From NCBI GenBank assembly GCA_964016885.1, contig OZ024742.1:108686001-108750000 (forward strand): a stretch of DNA of 64,000 nt, in the 5' to 3' direction. The translations under genes were made by a program, and so were the position numbers. Below, piece after piece: positions 24,902 through 39,142 of this stretch (positions are counted from its first letter, which is position 1; each line of letters begins with the position of its first letter). The notes under the pieces are model-generated. The model did no database searches and was not told where the DNA came from. It saw only the letters and a program-made list of their open reading frames with translations. The DNA comes from Eledone cirrhosa. Lineage: Eukaryota.

Positions 24902-24921
24902 CGTGCGTGCGCGCGTTGTGT

Positions 24922-24961
<40 letters not shown>

Positions 24962-25577
24962 TGTGTGTGTATGTGTGTGTGTGGTACAGTAGCAGAAGAG
25001 ATAGAGAGACGCTTTTATTTCTAATATTTTGCCAATATGGCCTAGATGCTGTTATCTCGCCAATTTATTCATTAATATTTCAGATAATTTCTAGGAATCA
25101 AGACAGATATAGTTTAGGAAATCGAAGCTATCGAAAGAAAGATTAATTTTGACTTTCATAATTAATCTACAGTTTCGTTACTGATTTGATAAACTGTATT
25201 TTGATTCTCGTAAATAATCTAGAATTTGGCCCCTCACCGAAGAGCTAGTGTTAAGATTGAAATATTAATGTGAACAGATGATATATAAATTGAAATATTT
25301 CTGTATTCATATTTTATTATTTAACACATATATTATATTATATTATTTAACACTTATAATGATATATATTAGATTATATATTAATATTATATATATACTA
25401 TATCATTTTGCATTTGTTTAAGGAGATTCTTGGTTTGAAATTGTGTGTTGAAACATATTTTACTTTGGTAGGGCGATTCTGCCAATTAAAACACGCACAC
25501 GGGTTGAGTTTACTGGAATAAAGGGCCGTAACTGCAATTTGTCTGACGATCTACGGATTCTACCAGTCCCAAAATAA

Positions 25578-25763
25578 TTGTTTCTATTTTTTGGCACAGG
25601 CCAGCAATTATCCAGTACATTACTGGTACTTTATTTTATCGACCCTGTAAGGATGAAAGGCAAAGTTAACCTCGGCGGGATTTGAACTCAGTCCGTAAAG
25701 AGACGTAACTCTGTGTTGCAAAGCATGGCGTCCGACCCTCTACCGATACTGCCAATCCCCCAG
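25578..25763 (-). mobile_element. tRNA-derived SINE, short form
   Basis: Family match; TSD CCCAAAATAAT. Confidence 0.88.
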
Positions 25764-26359
25764 CCCCAAAATAATATAACGTAAAAATTATGACGTTGTT
25801 GCTGCTTAGATGTTTTTAGTCTTTTACTGTTTCAGTCACTATACTGAGTCCATGCTTGATCACCACCTTAATTTAGTCAATCATATCGATTTCAGTACTT
25901 TTGTTTTGTTTGTACACTTTAACAAACATTTTAACCTCATTGTTTTATTTCCTTTTTTTATTTTTTTCATATTTGATTTTAATTTATTTTTTTATTTTTA
26001 CACTTGATTAAATTTTATGTCGTACTTCTAATTTTCAAGCTTACCGAAGCCGAATGTTTACTCATTTCATAAATCTGAAAATCAATTACAGGCGAAAATA
26101 TTGCGTCTATCGTTTAATTTAATTTTCGATAGTACTCATTATTTTATTATATATTTTAATTTTATGTTTCTTATTTGAATGTTATTGTTGTCTGTATTCT
26201 TGTTGTAATTCTTTAATTTCATCCCAAATAGATCACAAATAACATTGCTACATTGATTCTAAAATGAGATTCTACCGCATCCCAATCTAGGCGATTGCCT
26301 GCGAATATAATTGTTGCCAGGTCTCTGTATATGTTATTATTATGCTTTTTATGTGTTGG

Positions 26360-26550
26360 ACCTCTGTCAGTTCCTACGCCAGTGTTCCAGTTGTTTAATT
26401 GATGGAACTGCGGGCCCGTTAAATTAACGTGCAAATGGGTGAGCATCTCACGCACACATGCACATTTAACACAAATTCTCAAAAAGATTTAACATAACGC
26501 TGTCTGACAAGGCTGGCCTTTTGAATTACAAATACAATTCATTTTTGCCA
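26360..26550 (-). mobile_element. Fragment of a second, CORE-like SINE family (other pieces at about 23960-24085, 55075-55152, 58580-58730, 60205-60470 and 60855-61030)
   Basis: Shared motifs AAATTAACGTGCAAGTGG and GACAAGGCTGGCCTTTTGAATTACA; the head at 55075 has a B box and CCTTGAGCAAGACACTT. Confidence 0.6.
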
Positions 26551-27479
26551 ACTATATATATTGAAAGAGATATATATGTAAGCATATACAATATGTTTAT
26601 GTATAATGAACTCGCATATGCCTCTCTAAGGGTATTTTAAGCTGTGTTCGTGTTGCAGTTGCCTCATTAGACGCATCATGCTGTGTTAATGCTACTAATA
26701 TTTATATAACAAGAGAGAAAAAAATAGATCTCTCAGTCTATCTGCCTGTCTATCTATCTATTTATTTATCTCTCGTTTGATGGATGGATATAAATAAATG
26801 CAGATACAGCGAATAACTGTTACAAGAAAAATAAGACTGAAACTTAGAAACATAGATACAGAAATTCACTAATAAAGATATATACACAAAGACCAGTATC
26901 TATCAGTAGATAAATAATATTTTGTAGGCTAATGTATTTCATACGTTTTAAGGCAGGTTTTTCTTGTTTATTTAATTAGTTGTTTCGTTGTTGCTACTTT
27001 TTTTACTTAATTCTATTTTGTCAGGTTATTTGAAAAGTTGACAGTATTTCTGTTCAAAGAACTAAACCAGATATTTCGGTGCTTTAAAACATTCCATAAA
27101 CATATAAACATACCTATCATGTGTTTATGGAATTGTCACTCTACAAAGTGTTATTTTAATTTTATTTATTTGTTTAGCTTTCGTTTTCCACACAGAATAA
27201 ATGAATACTTTTTTCTCTCCAAATGTGTTGACTAATGTTATTAGACGGTGAAGTGGCAGAGTAGTTAGAACATCCGAGAAAATGATTTGCGCTCTGAGAT
27301 CAAATCCCACTGAAATAAATGTTTCATTTTCATGCTTGCAAGGTCGATAAATGAAGTACCAATCAAGTATTGGATTCGATTATTCCTCTATGTCTTTCTT
27401 AATTTCTCTTTCTTTATCTCTATTTTTCTGTAAGGGATTGGCTGCAGTCAGACAAGGAAAGGGATGGACTCCGTCGGAA

Positions 27480-28200
27480 TTAAATATCAAAGACACCGTT
27501 TTTCACTACGGTACGCCAACGATTCAATAAGCTAGATTCCTTTTGGTCAAAAAACGATGTTACAACTTTTTCTGGGTGAGAAATGACATCGAACTGGGTG
27601 GACTAAGTATTACGTTAGCGGAAAATGGGTGGATAAGATAACTGTCGTAAATAGAGTGAAATACAGAATCATTAAACTTAAACTAGTCCTAAATAGAACA
27701 ACTGTAACAATTGTATCTACTTATGCATCTCAATCGAACTTTCAGAAGAACTAAACGTCAGGGTCTACGAATTGCTCATCCACACTACTTCCCAAATACG
27801 CGACATTGACTTCATAATTATTGCAGCAGGTGACCTTAATGAGCATGATGGGTAACACTGTAATGGCTTCTACGGAGCCCACGGTTGTTTGGGGTTTGGC
27901 GCGAAAAATGAAAGTTTTGGACTCCTGGATATCTGCGACGCCTATGATCTAACTAGCTGTAACACAAACTTCAAAAAACTAGACAATCACTTGATCAACT
28001 ATAAATTTTTATCCAAAAGGTGGGATAGAGTGACGGTTGTAATCACAAAGTCCGTCCCTCGTGAAGAATGCATCTCCCAACATAACCTAGTAGTTGGCGA
28101 CCTTATGGTTAGTGCTAGACGAACTGGACAACGGAGGTCAACCTGGAGGAGAAGAATACGGAAGTTAAATGACCCCTCAACCAGTAACAAATTTAGGGGT
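27480..28200 (+). mobile_element. Decayed RTE-type APE endonuclease fragment
   Basis: Translates to KWVDKITVVNRVKYRIIKLKLVL..TIVSTYA, AGDLNEH and SQHNLVVGD, with frameshifts. Confidence 0.7.
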
Positions 28201-29185
28201 AGGTTTGAAAATTGGGATTATCATTCCCAATTGCAATTGCTTAGGTGCCTTTTCAGATATTTAGACCACTCGGTACACACGAAAATATGGAATACCTTCT
28301 CTATTTAAGGCTTTTAATATCTTGGACCGGATTTCACCTTCCCCAGTGGCCTTGCCACATACAAGCTTTTTAACTGCTATTGTGACCTCATCCTCTGAGA
28401 GATTAGTCACCGCTCCCAGATCCACCTCATGTACATCCGAAGATGCTGTTGTGATCTGGTTTAGGAGATCACCAAAGTATTCTCTCCACCTCGCGAGAAT
28501 GTACCTTACTGAAGAGAGAAAAACTCCAGACGCGTTATTGATAGAAGTCGGCGGATTGTCTGCCAGAACACTTTATTTGCTGATCTGAAGTAGGATTCCA
28601 GCTTAACCCTAAAGGCTTCCCATGTCTTAACTTTGGACACTTGTATTGTTTCTGCTGCGATTCTTCGTGCCTACTTGTACTGCAAGTGCAAGAAGGGGTA
28701 CTTATTTCCAAGCCAATTCTTGTAAGCCACTTTCCTTGCTCGGATGGTATCTTTAACCTCTTGATTGAATCAAGGGGTCCTCCTGCCATCCAGCACCACA
28801 CCAAGCCTCTTTTTGCCCGCAGCATTAAACAACTGAAGCAGAAACAATTTCCACTCAGTCTCAACGTCTCTCAGATTATGGAGTTCTCTGAATTTGAATG
28901 CAATAGTATATGCATATCTGGTCCTGACTTCCTTATCCATCAACGCTTCCCATTTTATCCTGCAGATCACCCTGGACCTGTCAGTTTTGTGGGCTTCCTT
29001 GGCTTTTCCCATCATCTTGTTCCAGTATTCCAATGTTCAAAAAGTTCCAGGAACATTGGTACTCCATCGATATGTCTCATTATCAAACTATCCTGGATTG
29101 ATGATGAGCCGATGGAAGATTTTTACAAGCAAAAGTACTGCTTTCTAGAGATCATCCCCGCGAAGACTATGCCAAGTTCATAAAG
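28200..29185 (-). mobile_element. Decayed RTE-type LINE fragment (linker and RT N-terminus)
   Basis: ILARWREYFGDLLN, GKATGEGEIRSKILKAL, DVETEWKLF. Confidence 0.65.
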
Positions 29186-29194
29186 CTCTCTCTC

Positions 29195-29243
<49 letters not shown>

Positions 29244-29390
29244 CATACAGCATTTCTTGGGCATTTACGCAAATCTCTCTTCTGAATACAGTAGATTTCT
29301 TCCAGGGAAGGATAGTTGGATTTTTTTTAATCGACCTCAATGAAATTTGAACTCAGAGAACTGGAACGAATACGACAAAGCATTCTACCC

Positions 29391-29476
<86 letters not shown>

Positions 29477-29493
29477 ACACACACACACACACT

Positions 29494-29556
<63 letters not shown>

Positions 29557-29562
<6 letters not shown>

Positions 29563-30239
29563 GTGAGGTTTTTTTACAAAATGAAAAATAACCGAGGTGT
29601 CCTACACGAGTGGAAGTATAAAGAAAAAGAGATGAAATCGAAAATGCAACTGAAGTCTTATTTTTTTTTTAAATATATATATTTATTTGGTTCCTTTACC
29701 GGTTTCGCAGTTCTTCTGCTTTTCAAAAGGTGAGTTGAGATGGAGGGTCTGTGGTTTTTCTCACATCTGGTTGGTCTCTAAATGTTACTTGTTTTATATG
29801 GAAAAAGTGGCTCGGAAGCCAGGTTTTTCGAGAAGTAATTTGATTGGTTTGTCAATAATTATAATAAATTTCGCGCCAGTTCGCGTTACAATAGTTCTTC
29901 AAATAAGAGAGGGGGGGTTGTCACAGGTTGTTTTTTCATATATGAGTGTTTGAATTTCTTTTTACTTGAAAAAAGGAGGCTCACGAACTTTTTTGGGGGT
30001 TGGTTATAAATGAAATTTGGCTGTCACGTGAACAAGTTTTCATAACATTTTTGCGCCCTTATTTGGAAAACTATTCTGTAGTCTTTATAGTGAATGTTAT
30101 GACAATGGAGAGATAGTGGTCAAGGGAAAAGGGATTGGGAGAAATGTTCTGGTTCAGTGAATATGGCCAGCTGTCAGAGTTCAGGTGTCAGAGTTCAGAT
30201 TTTCTATTGAGACTGAAGATATGTGTTTATTTGTGTGCT

Positions 30240-30270
<31 letters not shown>

Positions 30271-31260
30271 ATGTGTGTATTGGAAGATGATTCTATTAAT
30301 AGAGATGGGGGAGGGAGTTGTGTGTGTGTGTATATGGGTGTTATGTGTGTGTGTGCGAGTATGTTAAGATGGAGAGAATATATATTTTGTGTGTGTGTAT
30401 ATATATATATGTGTGTAGGAAAGTGGTTCTATTAGTAGAAATGGGGAGGGAGTTGTAGGTGTGGGGGTTGTTATGTGTGTGTATGGGTGTTATGTGTGTG
30501 GGAGTATGGTTAGCATGTTAAGATGAAGAGAATATATATATATATATATATATATATTGTGTGTGTGTATGTGTGTGTGTAGGAAAGTGATTCCTTTAGT
30601 AGGAATATTTTTGAATGAACATATTTTCCTGACTTTTTCGTGTTTGCTGTTGTATTGCCAGTGCAAACGTATGTTAAGGTTTATTTAGTTCGGGTTTTTA
30701 TTTTCTAAAGTAGAAGGTGTTATGTGTGTGTGTGTATGTCATATTGTGGTGTTGACATAATGTATATTAAACCTTATTTAATGTTGGTCTATATTTTTGA
30801 ATAAATATATTTTCCTTATTTATTCGCATTTGTTCTGTTGTATTGTTAGCGCAAAGGTAAAATGGGAAGACTTGGAATTTGGGTGTCTTATTACTTGCGC
30901 AAATGTCTAGATGTGCACTTAGTGGTATCTGTCTCGTGGTTGGATCTCGTAATTGTTGGCGATGAACTGTCATTCTGTTTCTGAGTGTGAGTTTAGTTTG
31001 TCCTATATAATCTTCATTGCATCCTTTACATTTAATGGCATAAATTAGATTTTTTGATGAGCAAGTGAAGTGATTTTTTACAGTAAAATTTTGTCCTGAT
31101 TTAAATGTATACGTGTTGCCTTCAATGAGGTGAGTGCAGGTTCCACAATTAGAGCGACCACATTTTTTGATACTTGGTTGTGGGTTTGTGGTAGGTAATT
31201 TGGCATTGGTGAGTAATGTTTTCAGTGATTTTGGTTGTCTTTTGCTTTTGATTATTTTGT
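29557..31260 (-). mobile_element. Penelope-like element, Neptune-type, 5'-truncated
   Basis: 30767-31255 encodes KKCGRSNCGTC..FTCSSKNLIYAIKCKGCNEDYIGQTK..RMTVHRQ..EN..I..LN; 3' end at (TA)n; terminal part repeated at 35717-35914. Confidence 0.85.
29693..29730 (-). ncRNA. Minimal type I hammerhead, U3-A8 variant
   Basis: CCTT-TTGAAAA-GCAG aagaa CTGC-GAAA-CCGG-TA-AAGG (38 nt). Confidence 0.8.
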
Positions 31261-31425
31261 GTATATATATATATATGTGTGTGTGTTTGTGTGTTTCAAA
31301 GGCAGAACCATATTATCATTTCTCAAAAGAGAGTAGAGAAATAAGCTTATTTCAGAGAAAGGAATAGGTCGTTGCTTTATATGATGTGTATAACAGTTTG
31401 GAGAACAAAGAGATATTAGCGTGGA

Positions 31426-31539
<114 letters not shown>

Positions 31540-31552
31540 GGGAACAAGTATG

Positions 31553-31649
31553 ACCTCGACGGCAGAGCTCAAGCGGTTTCGACGGCTCTTTCTGGACTAA
31601 ATTAGAATTTTTATCCTGGTGAATAAATAGCCGAACTTGTCAAGGGGGT
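31553..31649 (-). ncRNA. Type I hammerhead, U3-A8 variant (left-arm copy)
   Basis: Reverse complement of 31782-31878 with a few substitutions. Confidence 0.6.
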
Positions 31650-31781
31650 ACTTCCTTATATGGGAAGAATTTGTTGTAAACACAAATAAGTCTATCATTG
31701 CTGCCATGATAGACTTATTTGTGTTTACAACAAATTTTAACCAATCCTTTTGACAACTACAATCTTCCCATATAAGGAAGT

Positions 31782-31878
31782 ACCCCCTTGACAAGTTCGG
31801 TTATTTATTCACCAGGCTAAAAATTCTAATTTAGCCCAGAAATAGCCGTCGAAACGGCTTGAGCTCTGCTGTCGGGGT
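31782..31878 (+). ncRNA. Type I hammerhead, U3-A8 variant, extended stem II
   Basis: CCCC-TTGACAA-GttCGGTTATTT..GGCTAAA..TTTAGCC..AAATAGCCGtC-GAAA-CGGC ttgagctct GCTG-TC-GGGG. Confidence 0.7.
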
Positions 31879-31970
31879 CATACTTTTTCCTATTTCCCAC
31901 TCTACTACCCTAAGTATTGAGTACTCTGGTGCGTTAGGGTCCATCTGGTTTCTTACCACAATTCCTTTGT

Positions 31971-32149
<179 letters not shown>

Positions 32150-32290
32150 TTAAGAGTTAAACAAGATTCAATGAATACACCAAGGAATTAGTTTTACAAT
32201 AGATTGGAAGCACTCTACAAGGAATATTTTCCAGAGTTATTAATATTAATTCAAAATATTAACAAAATAGATATTCTTGTGATCAATTAT

Positions 32291-32355
32291 ATTTTATTAT
32301 ACATATTTCAGAGGTACTGAATTAAGTTCAACAGTACGTCCTCATCAGATAAAAT
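32291..32355 (-). ncRNA. Type I hammerhead, canonical and intact
   Basis: ATTTTAT-CTGATGA-GGAcGTACTG..CAGTACcTCT-GAAA-TATGTA-TA-ATAAAAT; 7-bp stem I. Confidence 0.85.
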
Positions 32356-33157
32356 AAAATGATACATGACATACATGATAGATGCTTAAGATTTAATGAA
32401 GGTAGTGATTTACTTATGGCAAAACTCAATATTTATACCCTAATATTGAGAACATGAGAAAACGTAATACAAACAATAGAGAGAGTGTGGGTAATATATC
32501 TTAAGAAATACATAACAGTTATAGAATTTTAAATTTTGAAAACTACTAGAGAAAGAGGGGGGAAAGGAGAGCATATAGGAAGAAAACAGCTGATGTGATA
32601 ACTTATCCAGTATTTAGCTTGAGAAGACAGATGAAAGATGATTAAAGAGAGAGAGAGACAAAGGGGAGTAATTTATGTTCAGGTTTCTACATACACAGAA
32701 ATTCTTATATGGCATAGTTGGCGGTTAATTTTCAAAATATTTAATTTATGTTATTTAAGGGTAAAGAATCAAATTTTAGGTTTTAAAAGTTAATAGGTAT
32801 TTGTATTAATATTATAATATAATTATGTGAGATTTCTAAAATTCAAATTTTATGAAAACAAATTTAAAGGATTTACGAAACCGGAGAAATAAAGAAAAAA
32901 TATATATATAATGTTTCATATCACCACGAAGGTAATCTTTATCAAAATTACTTATAATATTGACAACAGTTTCTATAATATAATTTATAAGATATTTATA
33001 GTTATAACTATTAAAGAATTTATTGTTACATGGTTTGAGTGCCTAAAGTATCAACCGGCCTTATAATTAAACTTAAAGAAGTCAGAATTTTCAACTATAT
33101 ATATGTGTGTTGATCATAATATACCAAGATTATAGTTTATTATTTGTTCATATATAA

Positions 33158-33345
33158 GGGCGGTGGATTGGCAGTATCGGTAGAGGGTCGGACGCCATGC
33201 TTTCCAGCATAGTTACGTCCCTTTATGATCTGAGTTCAAATCCCGCCGAGGTTGACTTTGCCTTTCATCCTTACGGGGTCGATAAAATAAAGTACCAGTA
33301 ATGCACTGGGTAATTGCTGGCATTGTGCCAAAAGTAGAAACAATT
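33158..33345 (+). mobile_element. tRNA-derived SINE, short form, full length
   Basis: Starts GGGCGGTGGATTGGCAGTATCGG; TSD TTATTTGTTCATATAT. Confidence 0.92.
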
Positions 33346-34890
33346 ATTTGTTCATATATTGTATTAAGTAAATGATTATATAAGTTCGACCTTCCAGGGA
33401 AAACCAAACACTTATAATAATACATAATGTCATTTGAGTGTTTAAATTATTTATAAATGTAACTACGATTATGATATTACACTAGATAAAGATATTTGTA
33501 CAAACTATATATAGATATAATTATAGGTATTAATGAAACGGTATACATTTAATAAAGAATAATAATTATACTCATTGTTAGTAATGTTATAATTGTAGTT
33601 TTACCTCCAGTTCAGTGGAGAGATAGACCCATATTTGTCAGCTATTATGGTTTGTTAGCTATACATAAAAAACAAAGTGCAAATCCAACTTTCTGAGTCC
33701 CCCCAAAACCATCTCAAAATGAGTAAAATATATATATATATAAAATAAAATATGCAAACGCATGAATGATCCACAGTCCAAGTTATAATCAGTAAATTTA
33801 CCAGTTAGATATCTAAACTATATATTTAAAACGGAGACAGAAAAAAAAAGATCTGAATCAAAGTTAAATATATCAAAAAATAAAAACCATAGGGTAAGCA
33901 TATCCATCAAGTAAACAAGTTATCAAAACATGTGTCATTCATTCAAACATTAATTCCATTATAAATTATTAGAAGATAAAGCATTATTAAAGTTTTATAA
34001 ACCGTTATGACTTATATGCTCAACAGTTGATGATAGACGTCGAAAATCAGGCTTGATTGCTTACTGTTTTTTCCTGACTTTTTGCGAGGCTTGGAATGTA
34101 GACAAAGCTTTATGAAGGCAGTTTGAGAATAATTCACTTTTTTCGTTAATTAAGTTTTCATAATTATTAATTATTAATAGGGTCTCCTTTGTACAGAGGC
34201 TGCAGTTAATTGATATTGAAGAGTTGATATAAGCTCCACTATTACAAAGCTTCGTCCAAAAGATCGAGTATTTTAAATGTTTGTCTTTTAATGACCATAT
34301 AAGCTGTGATAAAGAAGTCGAAGACTTCCTATTAGAATTCGAGAATGAGCATTTGTGATTCGCAAATCTAGATTTAAATGTTGAAGAAGTTGCTCCTATG
34401 TAGTTGTATGTGTTGTTATTTGTTTTTATGGTGCATTTATACACCAAATTTCTATCCAAACAATTATTTTGCAGAGGGCAATCTGGTTTATTTCTACAAT
34501 TACAATTTGATTTATTATTATTTATATTAACACTATTATTAGTATCATTATGTTGATTTTGATTTAGAATTATACTGTTTATTTTAGCGATGTTTGGGGC
34601 CATATTCATAGTTGTAGAATAAGATAATTTAATTGTGTGTCTATTAAAAATGGAATGGTATTTATGTTGACTAGGGAATGAAATATCCAAAGCTTTAAAA
34701 AATAGATTAGATATTCTTACTGCTACAGAAGCAAGGGGGGGACCATATAACTGATTTAGTTCTGGTTCTTTTCCCCGATTTATTCACAGTACAGGTGTTT
34801 GAATTATGATAATTAGAATTTATAGAATTTCGTTTATATATGCCATTATTTTTATCAGGATTAAAACTTGGATTATTATTGTTTATATAA

Positions 34891-35078
34891 GGGCGGTGGA
34901 TTGGCAGTATCGGTAGAGGGTCGGACGCCATGCTTTCCAGCATAGTTACGTCCCTTTACGATCTGAGTTCAAATCCCGCCGAGGTTGACTTTGCCTTTCA
35001 TCCTTACGGGGTCGATAAAATAAAGTACCAGTAATGCACTGGGTAATTGCTGGCCTTGTGCCTAAAGTAGAAACAATT
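34891..35078 (+). mobile_element. tRNA-derived SINE, short form, full length, inside the Naiad-type ORF
   Basis: TSD ATTATTGTTTATATA. Confidence 0.92.
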
Positions 35079-35516
35079 ATTGTTTATATATTCTATACTA
35101 TTTTTATAACCTGCCTTTTCAGCGCATCATTGTAATATCCTACATTTTCCTCAAATATTGATTTATTGGCAGATATTCTATTTATGCGTTTTTGTACGCT
35201 ATTTACAATTTCTTTTTTCACTGACTTGGGGTGATTAGAGTAATAACTAACGTAATTTAAGTTTTCATTTGGCTTATGGAAAGTGTAATAAAAACCAGAG
35301 TTTAAGTTAAAGGTAACATCAAGGAAATTAACTATTTTGGTACCACTTTCTACTTCAAGTTTAAGGTCGTAAATTTTAAAGAATTCAATTATATTTTTCT
35401 TTACTCTATTTAGTTCTATATCAGATATCCAAGTTATATCCAAGTTATATCAGATATCCAATGCTAAAGGTAAAAAATTATTTTCAGTGATTAATCATCA
35501 CCATTGACTGCTTTTT

Positions 35517-35641
35517 CACTCTGAAGAGGGTGAAGTGTGCTCGGAGAGTTATATCTATTCTATAGATGACAATATAAGATGTATTTTCCAACAACATTTA
35601 AATAATTCGAGGTCACGTTTCATTTGAAACCTTTGTAGGAG
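35517..35641 (+). ncRNA. Type I hammerhead motif, canonical core, long stem II
   Basis: CACT-CTGAAGA-GGGTGAAGTGTG...CACGTTTCATTT-GAAA-CCTTTG-TA-GGAG; 12-bp stem II with G-U pairs, weak stem I. Confidence 0.55.
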
Positions 35642-35753
35642 ATTAAAAACAATTATTTGTTGAAAGAGGATTGATTTTCCATTGATACTTTTGTATATAC
35701 ATATGTATGTATATATATGTGAGAAAAACCACAGACCCTCCATCTCAACTCTA

Positions 35754-35789
35754 CTTTTGAAAAGCAGAAGAACTGCGAAACCGGTAAAG
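35754..35789 (+). ncRNA. Minimal hammerhead, U3-A8 variant, in a solo terminal fragment (35717-35914) of the 29557 Neptune-type family
   Basis: CTT-TTGAAAA-GCAG aagaa CTGC-GAAA-CCGG-TA-AAG. Confidence 0.75.
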
Positions 35790-35922
35790 GAACCAAATAA
35801 ATATATATCTTTTTTTTTAAATAAGACCTTTCCGATTTCATCTTTTTTCCTTATACTTTCACTCATGTAGGACACCTCGGTTATTTTTCATTTTGTAAAA
35901 ACCTCACTTTCTAATATATATG

Positions 35923-36101
<179 letters not shown>

Positions 36102-36118
36102 GTATGTATGTATATATG

Positions 36119-36169
<51 letters not shown>

Positions 36170-36186
36170 ATATATATGTATGTATG

Positions 36187-36235
<49 letters not shown>

Positions 36236-36236
36236 G

Positions 36237-36844
36237 TCAGGTCACCAGTTGGTGCTACTGGTAACATGTATCTCAGTACAACCTATCTCATGGTCGGGTC
36301 GTTGGCGACTAAACTGGCAACCCCACCAAGGTTTCTTGGTGAGGAGGGTGACTTTGGACATCCTGCAGGACTAAAAGCAAAACCTGTCAAAGGACAAAGG
36401 AGCTCTTAAGAGTCAATGGCCATCCAAAATCACCGGGAGAGATGACCCCTTAGACTTTGTCAAGGCAGAATTCTAGGAGAAGGAAAACTCTGATATAACA
36501 CCTGCAACTCTGATGGTATCCAATGATGTTGACTTGTTCTTCTTTTTGGTAAATATCATCTTGGTTAAGAGAGTGGGACTGGCTTTGTGCAGTGCCTTTG
36601 CTCACTATAAAAGCTTCACGGCACAGGCATTGCTTTATATCTGGAGATCTCTCTGCACTTGTCCTCACATGGTACCATGGGCCCAGCACTGTGTGACAAT
36701 AATTGTCACAGGTGTGGTGTTTATACCAGAGTTTTCAAGTCGCTGGCTGGACTAAAAAGTCACACTCGTTCAGCGCATCGGTAGGGGTTCTCCTACATGG
36801 ATATAAAGTAGTGGCCGTACTCGAAAACGAGTTGTCAGCCACCA
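36237..36844 (+). mobile_element. Non-autonomous RTE-derived element, longer copy
   Basis: Highly similar to the reverse complement of 6370-6921; embedded in TA/CATA repeats; a diverged relative is at about 51380-51510. Confidence 0.7.
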
Positions 36845-36968
36845 TATATATATATATGTGTGTGTGTGTGTGTATGTATTATGTATGTAGGTATATCTTT
36901 CCTCCACCAAGCGTGAACCCAATATAACTGTGTAAAATTGCTTCCTTCGTGTTGTTTGTTTCATTTAT

Positions 36969-37037
<69 letters not shown>

Positions 37038-37998
37038 TTATTTATATATATCGATTTGTTTGGCGATAAAATACACAAGTTCACGATTTCAACATTTATA
37101 CAAACTGATATGGTTTTACAGAAAGTAAATTTGAACTTAACACTTCAGTTGGTGTGACATTGCTACCATTTAGGAATTTAAAAATTATAACTGATACAGT
37201 TGAAATAGAAATTTTCTTTACGCGTGAAGAAACCATAGCATTTTAACGGAACGTGGCACAAATGGAAACCTATTCAACTACGTGTCGAAAAATGAAAATT
37301 TCTTTTTTCTCTCTATCTCTCTGAATTATTTCAATAAATATTGATGAACAAACTGTTCGGAATAATTCAATAACTGGAGAATGATTTATAAATTTTATTT
37401 ATTTTTTTAGATAAAAACTAAAACATAATGAATACTTCATTTCTAGTATCATTGTAGAACCGATAGAAAAAGATAAAGATATTCACTTGGGTAGTTATTT
37501 AATTTTATTAAACCAATAGAGGTCTTGGCAAGTTTTGGTGTTTACAGAAAATCCAGTTATGCGTGGATGGAGATAAAAACTAGTTTCTGAAGGAAAAGAA
37601 AACTCAAGAAAATAATAGAATTATTGTTTTTACTTTGAGTTTTCAGTAACCGATTCAAAGAAATACTGGAAGCAGTTGGTATTTTGTTTTTGTTGTTTTT
37701 AGTACTTGTTTTGAATACAAGAATAATTATTTTCAATTTGTTTTCTGCTTCAATGATATTCGATATTTTGTTTAATAATCAAGCATAAACTACATTAAAT
37801 GTGTCCTTTTTGAAAATGAAACAAGTGGACATCTCTTCAAAATTTAATCATTTGTTCAAAATATTTCTTTAAAGATAAAATTTCCCAGGTGTTTTTTTTT
37901 ATTCAGCAAATGAATTATTTTAATAGCTTTTCCGTCCCTTGGAGCAGGAATACAAATATTTTTAAAACTCATATCTAGACTACAAATATTTACACCCT

Positions 37999-38607
37999 TG
38001 TAGCTAAACTACATCTGTTTCCGTCCAGTGTAGCTAAACTACATCTGTTTCCGTCCAGTGTAGCTAAACTACATCTGTTTCCGTCCATTGTCGCTAAACT
38101 TCATCTGTTTCCGTCCAGTGTAGCTAAATTACATCTGTTTCCGTCCAGTGTAGCTAAATTACATGTTTCTGTCCAGTGTAGCTAAATTACATCTGTTTCC
38201 GTCCAGTGTAGCAAAAATACATCAGTTTCTATCCAGTGTAGCTAAATTACATCTGTTTCTGTCCAGTGTAGCTAAATTACATCTGTTTCTGTCCAGTGTA
38301 GCTAAATTACATCTGTTTCCGTCCAGTGTAGCTAAATTACATGTTTCCGTCCAGTGTACCTAAAATAGATGTTTCCGTCCAGTGTAGCTAAAATACATCT
38401 GTTTCTGTCCAGTGTAGCTAAAATATATCTGTTTCTGTCCAGTGTAGCTAAAATATATCTGTTTCCGCCCAGTGTAGTTAAAATACATCTGTTTCCGTCC
38501 AGTGTAGCTAAAATACATCTTCTTCTGTCCAGTGTAGCTAAAATACATCTGTTTCCGTCCAGTGTAGCTAAAATACATCTGTTTCCGTCCCGTATAGCTA
38601 AAATACA
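37999..38607. repeat. 30-bp minisatellite, about 20 copies
   Basis: Unit TGTAGCTAAA(C/T/A)TACATCTGTTTC(C/T)GTCCAG; no unique spacers. Confidence 0.95.
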
Positions 38608-38734
38608 AGATTTTCTAAAAGATTTTACATCTGCAGACTGATGTCCGAACCAATGTTCCATTTATATAATATTAGAGAAAACCTTTTATTAATTTGGCAA
38701 AATACGCAGAATCATAACCATGTTTGTGTATTAA

Positions 38735-38990
38735 GGCCTGCGTTATGGCCGAATAGTTAAGAATTTTGATTCGCAATCGTAAAATCTCGGGTTCGATCTC
38801 AGTACGTGACATTTTGAGTAAATACCATTAGTCATAGCCACAGATAGATCCAAGACTAATGAGTTGAATTCGACAGATACGAACTGTTTGAATTCCCTTC
38901 GAATGGATTTACCTGTAATTTAAAGGAGCAGCCAGCCTTCTTACACTCTGTATTATGTAAGATCTCTCTGAAAATTACGTTAACGGTACA
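38735..38990 (+). mobile_element. Old tRNA-derived CORE-like SINE (reverse copy at about 61058-61200)
   Basis: A box TGGCCGAATAG, B box GGTTCGATCTC, degenerate CORE-like body. Confidence 0.5.
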
Positions 38991-39012
38991 CGGTAGAAGA
39001 GTCAGCTACTTT

Positions 39013-39142
<130 letters not shown>

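Larger units (their letters stand above)
32150..35450 (-). mobile_element. Penelope-like element, Naiad-type, 5'-truncated, with two nested SINEs
   Basis: RT C-terminal part VNFLDVTFNL..FHKPNENLNYV..SNHP (35093-35443); GIY-YIG CNCRNKPDCPLQNNCL..VYKC..YIGAT..FKSRF..CSLC.KE..N.KSE..CLH (34061-34690); 1.9-kb AT-rich 3' UTR ending at (TA)n. Confidence 0.88.

Noticed and set aside
33158-33250. tRNA gene (A and B boxes)
   Set aside because: No cloverleaf; it is the head of a multicopy SINE with TSDs
37999-38607. CRISPR-like array of 30-bp repeats
   Set aside because: Units are contiguous with no unique spacers, there are no cas genes, and the context is eukaryotic
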